A DNA stretch of 28,500 bases from a virus (taxonomy: Duplodnaviria > Caudoviricetes): positions 1 to 28,500 of IMG/VR virus record IMGVR_UViG_3300042229_000079; one strand, 5' to 3'. The position numbers and the translations under genes were made by a program. Below are positions 16,490 through 25,699 of this stretch, one piece after another (the first letter of the stretch is position 1; each line of letters opens with the position of its first letter). The notes under the pieces were generated by a model. The model ran no database searches. It was given only the letters and a program-made list of their open reading frames with translations, and was not told the origin of the DNA.

Positions 16490-17451
16490 AATCGGCCTCC
16501 CTTGCGAAGCGTTCCCGATCCCTTGAGCGCAATCCCCAGTTCATCCCGGTAACGCCAGGCAAGCCAGGTGCCGCCGATGACCAGGACAGCGATGCTTCCA
16601 TACAGGATCCAGTCACCGTAACCGGTGGCGGCCGCCGCCTGATCGGCAACGCCGGTGGCAGCTCCCGCCGATGCGCCTGTCGTGGTCTTGACGGATTTGG
16701 CTTTGAAGTCGATCACGCGCTGCAGCTGATCGAGCGTGCCGCGTCCGAGAACGCTGTCATTGTCGAGCTGCGGGTGCGCACGTTGGAAGCGAAGCGTTGC
16801 GGATGCGATCAACTCCTTGTCGGAGCGGGCCGACGCGGCAAGGTAGCCGAGCTTGATCAGCCATTCGACGCCCTGCTTGAAATCGTCGTCGCCCAGCCGC
16901 CATGCGGGCATGACAGCCGCAATCTCCTTTGGCGCAGATGTCCGGGGCGCTTTCACCCAGGCAGGCCACCGGTTGAACTCCATGATCGTTGATGTTTCGG
17001 CGCGGCGGCGGACAAGGCCGGGAAGCCGGCGGCCGTTGGCCGTCAATGCCGTCACCTTCAAGCGCCGCGCCGCATCCCTGATGTCGTTGCGGATAAGAGC
17101 TGCAAACCATGTCCATTTGGCAGCGCCCAGCCCGCAATTGAACAGCATGTCTATCGCTGCGGCCTTGGCATGGGGCGTTGCGTGGGGTGCGCGTTTCATG
17201 ACCGGCACCGCATACTCGGCGTCGATCAATGCTTTGAGCAAAAAGAACGCGTCGGCTTCCGCGATCGTGTCGCCAAGCTTGAGCTTCCAGCCCTTGTTGA
17301 TGAGCCACCAGTCGCGGAAAACCTTCGATCCCCAGGTGAAACCGAAGCCTATGGTGATGACGCCGGCCGGGCAACGATAGGCGCGCAGCACCTTGCCTTC
17401 ATGCTGTCCGGTAAAGGGGATGAGACGCGGGTCGTAATCCATCAATGGCAT
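16486..17451 (-). CDS. Endolysin: GH24 lysozyme, peptidoglycan-binding domain and C-terminal TM segment
   Basis: 'HEGKVLRAYRCPAGVITIGFG' (E/C/T triad), 'LPGLVRRRAET', 'FQRAHPQLDNDSVLGRGT', hydrophobic 'WILYGSIAVLVIGGTWLAW'. Start could be 17442. Confidence 0.9.
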   Translation of the reverse strand: MPLMDYDPRLIPFTGQHEGKVLRAYRCPAGVITIGFGFTWGSKVFRDWWLINKGWKLKLGDTIAEADAFFLLKALIDAEYAVPVMKRAPHATPHAKAAAIDMLFNCGLGAAKWTWFAALIRNDIRDAARRLKVTALTANGRRLPGLVRRRAETSTIMEFNRWPAWVKAPRTSAPKEIAAVMPAWRLGDDDFKQGVEWLIKLGYLAASARSDKELIASATLRFQRAHPQLDNDSVLGRGTLDQLQRVIDFKAKSVKTTTGASAGAATGVADQAAAATGYGDWILYGSIAVLVIGGTWLAWRYRDELGIALKGSGTLRKGGRL

Positions 17452-17484
17452 CGCAAGCTCCGGATGAGGTGTGAAACTCCCGGA

Positions 17485-17530
17485 ACTCTAGACCGCTCGC
17501 TTGTGTGATCGGTGGTGACACCGTGTCCCC
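17485..17530 (-). promoter_or_regulatory. Late promoter upstream of the lysis genes (Plys-like)
   Basis: Minus strand GGGGACA-cgg-TGTCACC, then TAGAGT 23 nt downstream; matches the element at 9779-9799. Confidence 0.7.
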
Positions 17531-17532
17531 AC

Positions 17533-17943
17533 CTATCGGAAGAGGTCGGCCTGGCGGCTGTCACGTTCTGATTGGGGCGCGTCGTTCTCGTCGGTCCGCT
17601 TTGCATTGCGGCGCTGAACTGTACGACGTGTGGTGCCCAAGGCTTGAGCAACTTCGTTCGCGCTTTTGCCGTTGTCAAGAAGCTCGTAGGTGCGGCGGTA
17701 CCGATTTGCATTCATGGTCGGACCAAAGGGGACATCCAGATGGATACGGTTTCCGTCCGTCAAATAGGCACTGAGTTCATCCGCCTTCTCGCGGCCGAGC
17801 AGAGCTATGAGCCAGTGGCCATCTCGAACAGTACCTGGAATAGCGACCCGCTGCCCGCCCTTGGCCTGGGCAAGTTTCAATGCGGCATCCAGACCGATGA
17901 TGTCGGCGATCTCCTGCAGCAAAGGGGGAAGCGAGAGGCTCAA
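17533..17943 (-). CDS. Mor/C-family late transcriptional activator
   Basis: 'LQEIADIIGLDAALKLAQAKGGQRVAIP' plus C-terminal HTH 'SANEVAQALGTTRRTVQR'; TTG start at 17943 with GGAGG, overlapping the upstream TGA. Confidence 0.85.
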   Translation of the reverse strand: MSLSLPPLLQEIADIIGLDAALKLAQAKGGQRVAIPGTVRDGHWLIALLGREKADELSAYLTDGNRIHLDVPFGPTMNANRYRRTYELLDNGKSANEVAQALGTTRRTVQRRNAKRTDENDAPQSERDSRQADLFR

Positions 17944-18380
17944 GATCCAGAAGCCTCCCACCTGATGATGACGCCATGAAATGTCGTTCCGGGATTTTCG
18001 GCAGCCCAAAAGCGGCTCATGGTTTCCCGCGCGGTATCGCCGATCATTTTGTCGGGCGCGATGCCGCGCAGGCGCTCAGGGTCGAAGCCATCCAAAGCCG
18101 CAAATGCCTCAATCTCGTCCCGGTTCAATGGGCGGCCATCGATCTCGATATAGGCAAGGCCCGGCTCAATCAGGTCGGACGACATGATCAGGATCGGCAG
18201 CACGGCGACACAGACCGGGTCCGGCATGATCTTCTTGCATGACCGCGTCCGCATGCCGGTGAACAGCTGCACCGGCTCGCCGACATGGGCATGCCTGCGC
18301 CGATGGCCCCTGATCGTGTGGCGCTTGCTGCCGTCTTCGATCTGTGGCGCGAAATAGGTCTTGAAGCTGTAGGCGACCAT
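17940..18380 (-). CDS. ASCH/PUA-like domain protein
   Basis: 'YSFKTYFAPQIEDGSKRHTIR...VGEPVQLFTGMRT...FAALDGF' motifs. Confidence 0.78.
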   Translation of the reverse strand: MVAYSFKTYFAPQIEDGSKRHTIRGHRRRHAHVGEPVQLFTGMRTRSCKKIMPDPVCVAVLPILIMSSDLIEPGLAYIEIDGRPLNRDEIEAFAALDGFDPERLRGIAPDKMIGDTARETMSRFWAAENPGTTFHGVIIRWEASGS

Positions 18381-19057
18381 CACGCACCGCCTTTCTGTGC
18401 GGCGCGGCTCCGTACCTCCACCAAAGCCTGCGCGTCGCGGATCAGAATGCCGAGCCCGTTCATGGCGTCGATCCAGGAGCTGTCCGTCATCAGGCCGGGT
18501 AGTACAAAACCATTGCCCAGAAGCCAGCTTTGAAGGTTGCCACCCAGGCCGCCGACTGGAAGCACTCCGGACTTTACGAGCTTCGCATGTTGCGCCCTGG
18601 CGATCCGGTAGCCGTTGGCCTGTGTCCAGTCCGGCAGGAACCGGTCTTTCGACCAGTCGACGCCGCCGTCGCGCTCCAGCCAGCCCTTCAGCGCCTCGAT
18701 CGCGCGAGCGCCATCCTCGGCGAAGCGCAGGAACCTGGTGTGATCGATGCCGGTCTGGCGCTTGACGAAGGCGATGAGCGCCGCGTCATCCTTGTTGCGG
18801 ATCAGACCGAGATTGTAGCCGGCGATCCAGAGCGCCTGCAGCTTCGGAGCATACTTGCCCTCTAGGCCTTTTCGAGATCCCTTTGAAAGCGGCTTGAAGC
18901 CCTGTTGTTTCAGGACATCGAGGACGCGGCCGCGCTCTCCGTCGCTCATGTCCTTCGAGGATCGCTTCCCGGTTTCGCGCTCCAAGAGATCGCGCCAGGT
19001 GTCGTCATCGAGGCCGAGCTGTTTCTTGGCGATGTGCAGTTTGGCCAATGCGGTCAT
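18380..19057 (-). CDS. gemA: GemA / Mu gp16-like protein (DUF1018)
   Basis: 'LAKLHIAKKQLGLDDDTWRDLLERETGKRSSKDMS...KLQALW...IEALKGW' motifs; ATGA-coupled start at 19057. Confidence 0.85.
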   Translation of the reverse strand: MTALAKLHIAKKQLGLDDDTWRDLLERETGKRSSKDMSDGERGRVLDVLKQQGFKPLSKGSRKGLEGKYAPKLQALWIAGYNLGLIRNKDDAALIAFVKRQTGIDHTRFLRFAEDGARAIEALKGWLERDGGVDWSKDRFLPDWTQANGYRIARAQHAKLVKSGVLPVGGLGGNLQSWLLGNGFVLPGLMTDSSWIDAMNGLGILIRDAQALVEVRSRAAQKGGA

Positions 19058-19245
19058 GTCCTCGTCTCCAGTTTCAGCGCCTTGGTGGTCAGCTGCCGCA
19101 ATTCGGCTTGCAGCTCGATCCGTCGCCAGGCGTGAGGTTTGAGTTTTACGATGCGCTGGGCGAGTTCCCGGCGCCTGTCCTCGATGTCGCGTGCAGCCCG
19201 CCACCGAAACAGATCAACCGGTTCGGGTGTGGCGGGCCGGGGCAT
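19054..19245 (-). CDS. Hypothetical protein (63 aa)
   Basis: SD GGAGG before the ATG at 19245; tightly coupled to both neighbours. Confidence 0.65.
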   Translation of the reverse strand: MPRPATPEPVDLFRWRAARDIEDRRRELAQRIVKLKPHAWRRIELQAELRQLTTKALKLETRT

Positions 19246-19246
19246 G

Positions 19247-19570
19247 TCAGAGCCTCCGAGCCGAAGGTTGCGCATCGGACGCGAGGACCATGTAGGGCAT
19301 GGACTTCGGGAACGCCCATTCGCTCCAGCGATAGAAGGCTTCGACGGCCTCGAGCTCGTTCTCGACCTCCGGGACACCCGGTACCAGCAGGGTCTTGCCG
19401 TCATACGAATGGCGGGCTTTTCCAGAGACCATGGCCTTGAACTCGTCGTGATCCTCCGGGCCATCTTCGCCAGAGATTGCAAAGACCATGCATCCTCCCG
19501 GAAGCTTCGGAAGAGGAGCGAATTCAATATCGCCGCTCTTCCAGCAATAGGCTGCGATCCGCTCACCCAT
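19247..19570 (-). CDS. Conserved Mu-like phage protein (often labelled host-nuclease inhibitor)
   Basis: 'AYCWKSGDIEF...ARHSYDGKTLLVPGVPE' motif; TGATG coupling. Confidence 0.65.
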   Translation of the reverse strand: MGERIAAYCWKSGDIEFAPLPKLPGGCMVFAISGEDGPEDHDEFKAMVSGKARHSYDGKTLLVPGVPEVENELEAVEAFYRWSEWAFPKSMPYMVLASDAQPSARRL

Positions 19571-20229
19571 CACGCACCTGCCTTCGCCAGATCGATGGTC
19601 ACCGCCGACCACGGGTCGGTGATCTTCTGCCGCTCATGAAACCGGACATACATTTTCGATCCGGTCACCCGCATGGCGTCTCGGATCGCCTCCATGGCCT
19701 TCAGCCAGCGTGCGTCTTCGATCTGCAGCCTGAGCAGCATGAAGATCTCCGAACGATTGATCTGGCCTTCCTTGTCGGTGTTGAACGCGCGGGTCACGAT
19801 CGCGCGGATCTCCGGACCGCTGTCGGCAGCCCACTCATTGAGACATTCATCGACCAGGGTCTTGGCGACCTGCAACTGCGGCCCGAAATCGACAAAGTCA
19901 GCGACGGAAACCGAGACCTTCTCCAGTCCGTCGAAGGTCTGATAGGTGCGGTTTCCCTTCTTGCCGCCCTTCTTCACGCCGTACTCCTGGTCGAGCAGCG
20001 CATCGAACTCACCCAGATCCGTCATGGTATGGCCGCGAAACCGGCCGATCTGGGCGGAGAGGTCCCTGGCAAATCTCATGATCTTGCGCACCGTCTCGTC
20101 TTCGAGCTTGTCGGCCGGCTTGATCATTTCCAGTGGCGTCCACCGGCCTTGGGCGTCGGCCATGCAGGGCTGGCCATTGACGTAGGTGATACCCTCTTCA
20201 GGGCGGTCTTCAGGAATGACTGTTTCCAT
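19570..20229 (-). CDS. DUF3164 family protein
   Basis: 'MADAQGRWTP...GGKKGNRTYQTFDG...FGPQLQVAKTLVDECL...SKMYVRFHER' motifs. Confidence 0.9.
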   Translation of the reverse strand: METVIPEDRPEEGITYVNGQPCMADAQGRWTPLEMIKPADKLEDETVRKIMRFARDLSAQIGRFRGHTMTDLGEFDALLDQEYGVKKGGKKGNRTYQTFDGLEKVSVSVADFVDFGPQLQVAKTLVDECLNEWAADSGPEIRAIVTRAFNTDKEGQINRSEIFMLLRLQIEDARWLKAMEAIRDAMRVTGSKMYVRFHERQKITDPWSAVTIDLAKAGA

Positions 20230-20230
20230 T

Positions 20231-20605
20231 TCAATGTCCTCTCATGATTGATCGATAGTCCCGAAAAGCCTTGCGCAATTCGGCGATGGCCTCGTCCTGT
20301 TTTTCGCGCGCATAACGTTCGCCGGGGCTGAACTGAACCTCTTCAAGTTTCATGCTGGAGGTGACCAGCTTGGCGACCGCCGCAACCAGGTCGTGCGACG
20401 GCAGGCGCGGCGGAAGCTTCATCTGCTGAACCCTTTGAATGCGCGCTTTTTCGTCTTCGATTTGCGCCCATTGGTCGGCCAGCTCTTGCCCGACTTCTTG
20501 CGTGACCGCCGCCCGCACTGTGTGATGCAACCTTTCCATCACTTCCTCGGTGACGACGCGCGCCATCCTGTCGATATCAAGCGTGGTCCGGTCGTGAGCG
20601 CTCAT
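20231..20605 (-). CDS. Hypothetical protein (124 aa)
   Basis: ATGA-coupled start at 20605 with SD GGGAG; helical/coiled-coil composition. Confidence 0.65.
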   Translation of the reverse strand: MSAHDRTTLDIDRMARVVTEEVMERLHHTVRAAVTQEVGQELADQWAQIEDEKARIQRVQQMKLPPRLPSHDLVAAVAKLVTSSMKLEEVQFSPGERYAREKQDEAIAELRKAFRDYRSIMRGH

Positions 20606-20886
20606 GCCGCACTCCCTCCGCCTGTCGGGTGCCGGGGGGCACGCATTTGCGGTCCAGGAAACGAAACGACATTGCCAGCCTCGGCAACGACGCTTTCCCG
20701 CCGCGCGGCTTCGTTCCACCGATGCCGCGACAGCTCGTTCTCCTGAGATCGCGCGATGGCGACCAACTCGTCGAAGCGTGAGATCAGGCCGATGATCTCG
20801 TCAGACGAGAACGACTTGCCGCCATGAACATGGCCCTTGAGGGCGTCACGGGTTGCCTTGAGGTGGTCGGAAAGAAATTCAGGCAT
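20602..20886 (-). CDS. Hypothetical protein (94 aa)
   Basis: SD GGAGG before the ATG at 20886; ends with an 'NVVSFP' motif common in small phage proteins. Confidence 0.65.
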   Translation of the reverse strand: MPEFLSDHLKATRDALKGHVHGGKSFSSDEIIGLISRFDELVAIARSQENELSRHRWNEAARRESVVAEAGNVVSFPGPQMRAPRHPTGGGSAA

Positions 20887-21274
20887 CGTCCGATCCTCCC
20901 GCAAGCCTGCTGTTCGGGCATCCGGCCCGGCACGCCTGGTACATTGCCACCGCGTTGCTGCTCGCCGTCGAAAACGGTCGTCTCTGCCAGGTCTGGCAGA
21001 CATTGCGGCTCATCTCGCCGAGCCTCGGGCAGGTCACCGTCTCCGCCATCAGCACACCGCGAACCACTTGCTCGAAGCGGTCCATGTCGCCGAGATAGGT
21101 GTTGGAGAGCACCTGGCTGATGGTCGATCCGGCGTAGCTGAGCCGGCGACCCACCGCCGTTTGGCTTTCCATGTTGCAGGCTTCCGCCAACACCAGAACC
21201 CATTCGGGCGGAGCGCCCCAGGCCATCAGCGCCCTGGCAACGTTGTCGTTCTTTTGTTTGGACACGGCGCTCAT
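20879..21274 (-). CDS. HTH transcriptional regulator with Cys-rich C-terminus
   Basis: 'SQTAVGRRLSYAGSTISQVLSNTY' HTH; 'CPRLG...C...CRAGCPNS'. Confidence 0.78.
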   Translation of the reverse strand: MSAVSKQKNDNVARALMAWGAPPEWVLVLAEACNMESQTAVGRRLSYAGSTISQVLSNTYLGDMDRFEQVVRGVLMAETVTCPRLGEMSRNVCQTWQRRPFSTASSNAVAMYQACRAGCPNSRLAGGSDDA

Positions 21275-21888
21275 GACGGCTCCTCTTCGGCAAAGGTTTC
21301 GCCAACGAGGGATTGGCGGTTCGGATCGAAGACCATGTGGCTTCGCAGAACCTTCGGTGCTTCGGGACCGGTGTTCATGTCGGGCAACAGCGCCCAGAGA
21401 GCGAGCTTCTGCGGTCCGCCTTTCTGCCGAAGCGCAAGATAGCCTGCGCCAGCGAGGCGCTTGATGTAGCTCTTGGCGCTGGCCTTGCTGATCCGCATCT
21501 CGTCGGTGGAGCCCCAGTTGACCAGGTCATCGGCGGTAAAGCCCGCCCGGCACACCGGAGAGCGCATCGTGTTCCACATCGCTTGATTGCAGCCGACATG
21601 GTCGATCACGCTGCCATCGCGTCTGACGCGCGGCGTGGCCGACTGCATCCGAACAACGCGAAACGAGGCGGGCTTTCCGCCGGCGTCCACAATGAACCCG
21701 GCAAGTTTCAGGCGCTTGAGAAAGTCCCGGATGTCGGCGGGCCTGGTATTTGAGCGCCACTCGATATCGCGTGTTGTAAACGCCTCGTTGCGGGTGGCGA
21801 ACTCCATGACGACGGACCAGTAATGGTCCCATCCGCGCAGCACCGGGTGAGTTTCCTTGATCGCTAATCTGAGAATGGCGGGCATCAT
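21271..21888 (-). CDS. Conserved tandem winged-helix-like protein following B
   Basis: Two similar halves ('DFLKRLKLAGFI' and 'SYIKRLAGAGYL'); 'NTGPEAP...VFDPN' motif. Confidence 0.7.
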   Translation of the reverse strand: MMPAILRLAIKETHPVLRGWDHYWSVVMEFATRNEAFTTRDIEWRSNTRPADIRDFLKRLKLAGFIVDAGGKPASFRVVRMQSATPRVRRDGSVIDHVGCNQAMWNTMRSPVCRAGFTADDLVNWGSTDEMRISKASAKSYIKRLAGAGYLALRQKGGPQKLALWALLPDMNTGPEAPKVLRSHMVFDPNRQSLVGETFAEEEPS

Positions 21889-22640
21889 GCAGCCTCCCGC
21901 CGTGAAGGCAACTTGCCTTCGGAGAAGCGGCCTTCATAGGTTTGAAGGCCGATGTCTGTCAGCCCGCGCAACGCCGCAAAGTTGGCGATCGCGTGAAGGC
22001 TGTTGCCGATGCGGCGCACCCGTCCATCCGCCTTGATGCGGGCCTGATCGAGCAATTCGTCAGACATTGTGATCGCCGGGTAGAAGGTCCCCGCCAACGT
22101 TCTCGTATCGTCGAGGTCGCAGGGTTGTGCATAGCCCATCACCAGCACGAGGTCGCGAAACCGGTCCACACCTTCGAGCTTCCTTGGAAACAGCTCTTCG
22201 CCGATCAGCAACACGGGCGCATTGCTTTTCTTGGCGATCATCCGCACGAGCTCGATCATCCGCTTGTCAACCAGCTTGTCGGCCTCGTCGATGATGAGCG
22301 GTCGCCTCGGGTCGCGGGCCAGCGTGCCGATGATCTCGTCCTCCATATCCGACAGCGTGCCGCGCGGCTGATACTGACCGAGTTCCGTCAGGATCGCGCT
22401 CATCAGCTTCTTGCGTGTCCAGGTGTCCGACACCTCGACATAGGCCGCACCCGTCTTGTTCTGGGAATAGAGCGCCGCAACCGATTTCCCGTAGCCGGAG
22501 AAGCCTGCAAATACTCCGAGATTAGGTTGCAGCGGGTGGCGGTCCTGCAGCGAGCGTACAAGCCCCAGGCACGCGGCCACGTTCTTGATCGGAGCGGTGT
22601 CGCCGCCTTGTCCATTGACAATTCCATTTGATTTGGTCAT
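21885..22640 (-). CDS. Transposition ATPase (MuB-like AAA+)
   Basis: Walker A 'GFSGYGKS', Walker B 'LIIDEAD'; directly after the transposase. Confidence 0.92.
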   Translation of the reverse strand: MTKSNGIVNGQGGDTAPIKNVAACLGLVRSLQDRHPLQPNLGVFAGFSGYGKSVAALYSQNKTGAAYVEVSDTWTRKKLMSAILTELGQYQPRGTLSDMEDEIIGTLARDPRRPLIIDEADKLVDKRMIELVRMIAKKSNAPVLLIGEELFPRKLEGVDRFRDLVLVMGYAQPCDLDDTRTLAGTFYPAITMSDELLDQARIKADGRVRRIGNSLHAIANFAALRGLTDIGLQTYEGRFSEGKLPSRREAA

Positions 22641-22708
22641 TTCTTCCTCTGCTCTTGACTATGGCCTCTTGGCAGAGAGGCCGTTTGTTCGGTCGAAAAC
22701 ACGCTCAC

Positions 22709-24916
22709 TCAGAACACCTTGAGCGTGTTTTCGAGCCCGAAATCCTTCATCCAATCTTTCATGGACTGATATTCTCCGGTTGCCTGGAAACGGGTAAGCT
22801 TACCTGCCGTCGCATCGTCCAGCTCGTCACCTGCAGCAATCCGCTCTTCCATTTTGAGCGCCCACTTGAACATGCGGGCGGTGGCAGTCAGCATCGCGTC
22901 CGGGTCGATCGGGATGACCTTCGAAGTGCCTTTGAATTCGTGTTCACGCTTGATCGCTTCGTGCAGTTCGGCAGCACGCTCGTTGAGCGGCGCGGTCTCC
23001 CTGCGGTGCTGCGGCTCGGTCACGGCGTCCAGTGCTGCGGCTATCTCCGGTGTCGAGTGTTCCTCGGTGCGCTTGGGCAGCGCCACCACGTTCGGCAGAT
23101 CGCGGGTGGCGACCTCCAGCGTCCGCTCGATCAGCGACGGCCCCTTTAGGAGTTTGGAAACTTCGCGCTTGATCGGATCAGTACGTTCCTTGATCAGTTC
23201 GGCATTGAGTTGCTTGCGGGCCTTCTCGAATGTTTCCGGATGAATGCCGCGCAGCTCCGGACAAGTGGCAGTTCCAAGATACTCGTCCCGGTCGATCGAG
23301 AAGACATGCGCCAGCCCCTTGTCGTTGGGGTCCATCCGCACGAACACGTCCATGCCCGGCATCAACCAGCCTTCGCGATAGTGGTTGCCGTCGATTCGGA
23401 TGCCGAACTTCGTGACGCGGCGGGTGCCGTTGCCGCCAACAGCGGGCATCAGAAGCACATCTAGCGCGCGTTCATCGACTGTCCGCATGGTGTGTGCCGA
23501 GGCGGCAGCAGCCTGAAACGGCGAGCGGCCTTCCAGCCCGGTGTGCGGTTGATGATCATAGACCTTCGCGCACCATTCATCCGACAGCACCTGCAACTCC
23601 GCTCCCGAGAGCGAAACGTCAAAGGCTTCCGCCGTGTCCTGACCAAGCCGGGCTGCAAAACTCTTGCGGTCCTCGATTGCCTTCCTGTCACTCACGCTGT
23701 GCCCGACATAGCCCTGCACAAGCGCCACGAACTGATGCTGATACGTCTTGATGGCCCGTTCGACGTGACCCTTCTGGGCAGGGCTGTAGGCGTCAGACAA
23801 ATCGGCCTCGATACCGAGCGCCGTGAACAGACGGTCGGTCTCACGCGCGGTAAAGTCCGAGCCGTTGTCGGTCTTGATCGTGTCGGGAACCCCCCAGGCG
23901 AGGATGGCCTTCCGGATCAGCAGGCCTACCGCAGAAGCCCGCGGTGTCTTCGAGATGTAGGGCATGAACCGCCGCGTCGCGATGTCGACGCACACATAGA
24001 CCGAATGGCGGCCATCGGTGCAGAGGGCATCCACCGGCGAGGCGTCGATCTGCCAGAGCGCATTGGGCACGGTAATGTGTTTGAGGGTTCCGGTACCGGA
24101 CGGCAGCATCGTCGAGCGGAACCGGTCGGGATTGGTGAGCTTCAGAAGCTCAACCTGATGGTCTTGCTTCAGGCCCTTCAGGAAATGCTGGAAGGTTCTC
24201 ACCGGAGGCATGGCCAGCGATATGTCACCCGCCTTGGCTGGCGCAGTCAGCCGGTCGCCGAACTCGGACCGGCAAAGCGTCAGCACCTGTTTGGCCGACA
24301 GGTGCGGCTGGTGTGCGATCAGTCCGAGAATGAAGGATTTCACCGCACCTCCATTTGCAGTTTCAAGCGCCCCGCTGCCCTTGCGGCCTTTCGACCGGTC
24401 GACGGCGAGCTTGTTGGCGTTCTTCTTCGCCGTCGAGCGCCACCGCATGATCGAGCGGGGCGAGATCGAGGGGATGACATCGCGGATCCAGCTTGCCACC
24501 TGCAGGGAGCGGTTATTGTACTTCATCGAAAAAAGGTGAAGCGCCGTCGTCGGTGCCCTGCCATTGGCACGGAAGCCGCGCAGGAAGTCGTCATAAGCCG
24601 CAAGGATCGCAAGCCGCGCGTCTCGCTCAATCTGCGCCTTCGCGGGAATGCATCCGCCCGCCAGTTCCACGTTCTTCGGAGTTGACGGCCCGTCGCCGCC
24701 GATCAGCTTGTGCCGCTGTATGTAGGCGATCTGCGCTGCTACCGGCAGGATCAAATAGCGGTATTCCATGCCGCCGCCACGTCCCTGTCGTGGTCTCGCA
24801 TAGGGGTGGTCGTTCCATCCGAGGCGCTCTGCTGCTCCCAGGACCCCTACCTTTGTGGCAGGCATATCCGGCAACCGTTCCTCGGCGATTTCGCGTGCTG
24901 TCAGCCACTCCTTCAT
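22709..24916 (-). CDS. Mu-like DDE transposase A
   Basis: N-terminal MuA-type DNA-binding domain ('EWLTAREIA...RQGRGGGMEY'); catalytic 'WQIDAS', 'KTDNGSDF', 'KGHVERAIKT'. Confidence 0.95.
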   Translation of the reverse strand: MKEWLTAREIAEERLPDMPATKVGVLGAAERLGWNDHPYARPRQGRGGGMEYRYLILPVAAQIAYIQRHKLIGGDGPSTPKNVELAGGCIPAKAQIERDARLAILAAYDDFLRGFRANGRAPTTALHLFSMKYNNRSLQVASWIRDVIPSISPRSIMRWRSTAKKNANKLAVDRSKGRKGSGALETANGGAVKSFILGLIAHQPHLSAKQVLTLCRSEFGDRLTAPAKAGDISLAMPPVRTFQHFLKGLKQDHQVELLKLTNPDRFRSTMLPSGTGTLKHITVPNALWQIDASPVDALCTDGRHSVYVCVDIATRRFMPYISKTPRASAVGLLIRKAILAWGVPDTIKTDNGSDFTARETDRLFTALGIEADLSDAYSPAQKGHVERAIKTYQHQFVALVQGYVGHSVSDRKAIEDRKSFAARLGQDTAEAFDVSLSGAELQVLSDEWCAKVYDHQPHTGLEGRSPFQAAAASAHTMRTVDERALDVLLMPAVGGNGTRRVTKFGIRIDGNHYREGWLMPGMDVFVRMDPNDKGLAHVFSIDRDEYLGTATCPELRGIHPETFEKARKQLNAELIKERTDPIKREVSKLLKGPSLIERTLEVATRDLPNVVALPKRTEEHSTPEIAAALDAVTEPQHRRETAPLNERAAELHEAIKREHEFKGTSKVIPIDPDAMLTATARMFKWALKMEERIAAGDELDDATAGKLTRFQATGEYQSMKDWMKDFGLENTLKVF

Positions 24917-25251
24917 GACGGAGCTCCTTGGCCGATTGGGGCAATGCGATAAACTCTGACGTTCTCCAATCCGCCGCCGCCTTTGGCTTCAATCGTATAA
25001 CCGAACGCCACCAGCTCCTTTCGCAGCTGGTGGACGCGGACTGCGATAATATGAAGGTACTGCGGCCCGCCATCGACGCGATGCCCATATAGTCTTGTGA
25101 ACAGGGCGTCGCGGCTCATCCATCGGCCCTTGGAGAGCGCATCAATCAAATCGCGCCGGACACCGTTGAACCGCGCTGCGACCTCCTCGATCGGAAATGG
25201 AACGAGGGTCTCCTGTCCGCAGCATGGGCATTGGAAATGAGAGGCGTTCAT
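24913..25251 (-). CDS. Small winged-helix protein with N-terminal CPCC motif
   Basis: 'CPCCG' then 'SRDALFTRLYG...IAVRVHQLRKEL' (OmpR-like wHTH). Confidence 0.68.
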   Translation of the reverse strand: MNASHFQCPCCGQETLVPFPIEEVAARFNGVRRDLIDALSKGRWMSRDALFTRLYGHRVDGGPQYLHIIAVRVHQLRKELVAFGYTIEAKGGGGLENVRVYRIAPIGQGAPS

Positions 25252-25481
25252 CCATCCCTCCTGTCGAAGGTGACTTGAGAGACGGATATCTTGGCGCTCG
25301 CCCTGCGACGTTCACCTCGGCGGCAGAGAAAATCAGCCTTTTCAAACCTGATGGTGACAGCGCCCGACCTGGTGTGAAGCTTGGTCACCTGACCATCGTG
25401 TTCGAAACCGCCATAGTCGAACAGCACGTGGTCGAAGAGATCGACAGCATAGTCGTCGCAATAGCGCAATTCAGCTGTCAT
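25248..25481 (-). CDS. Hypothetical protein (77 aa)
   Basis: Coupled by overlapping stop/start codons at both ends. Confidence 0.55.
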   Translation of the reverse strand: MTAELRYCDDYAVDLFDHVLFDYGGFEHDGQVTKLHTRSGAVTIRFEKADFLCRRGERRRASAKISVSQVTFDRRDG

Positions 25482-25699
25482 CACGCCACCGCCTTTTTCG
25501 CAGCGATCATCGTGCGGATGTCGTTTTCGTGTTCCTTCAGAAACATCAGGCTGGCGCGCACCGCCTGGATGCGGCTCATCAACAGCTCGGCCTCGGCCTT
25601 TCGCATTTTGCCTCGGCGGATTTGCTCCGGATAAACCCGCTGCCGCATCGATATTTCGCGGTCGATCTCCGAGATCTGTCCAATCAGTGAAACCTTCAT
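25481..25699 (-). CDS. Conserved small phage protein (72 aa)
   Basis: 'QISEIDREISMRQRVYP...GKM' motif; ATGA coupling. Confidence 0.7.
   Translation of the reverse strand: MKVSLIGQISEIDREISMRQRVYPEQIRRGKMRKAEAELLMSRIQAVRASLMFLKEHENDIRTMIAAKKAVA

Noticed and set aside
17944-19204. Longer ORF-track starts for Mor (18009) and GemA (19204)
   Set aside because: They overlap upstream genes; SD sites and stop/start coupling support 17943 and 19057.
22663-22682. 7-bp hairpin between A and B as a terminator
   Set aside because: Short stem with no U-tract on the coding (minus) strand; at most an mRNA stability element.
2001-24685. Long + strand ORFs (e.g. 2001-2981, 7093-8199, 23492-24685)
   Set aside because: Antisense shadows of high-GC minus-strand genes with no recognisable motifs.
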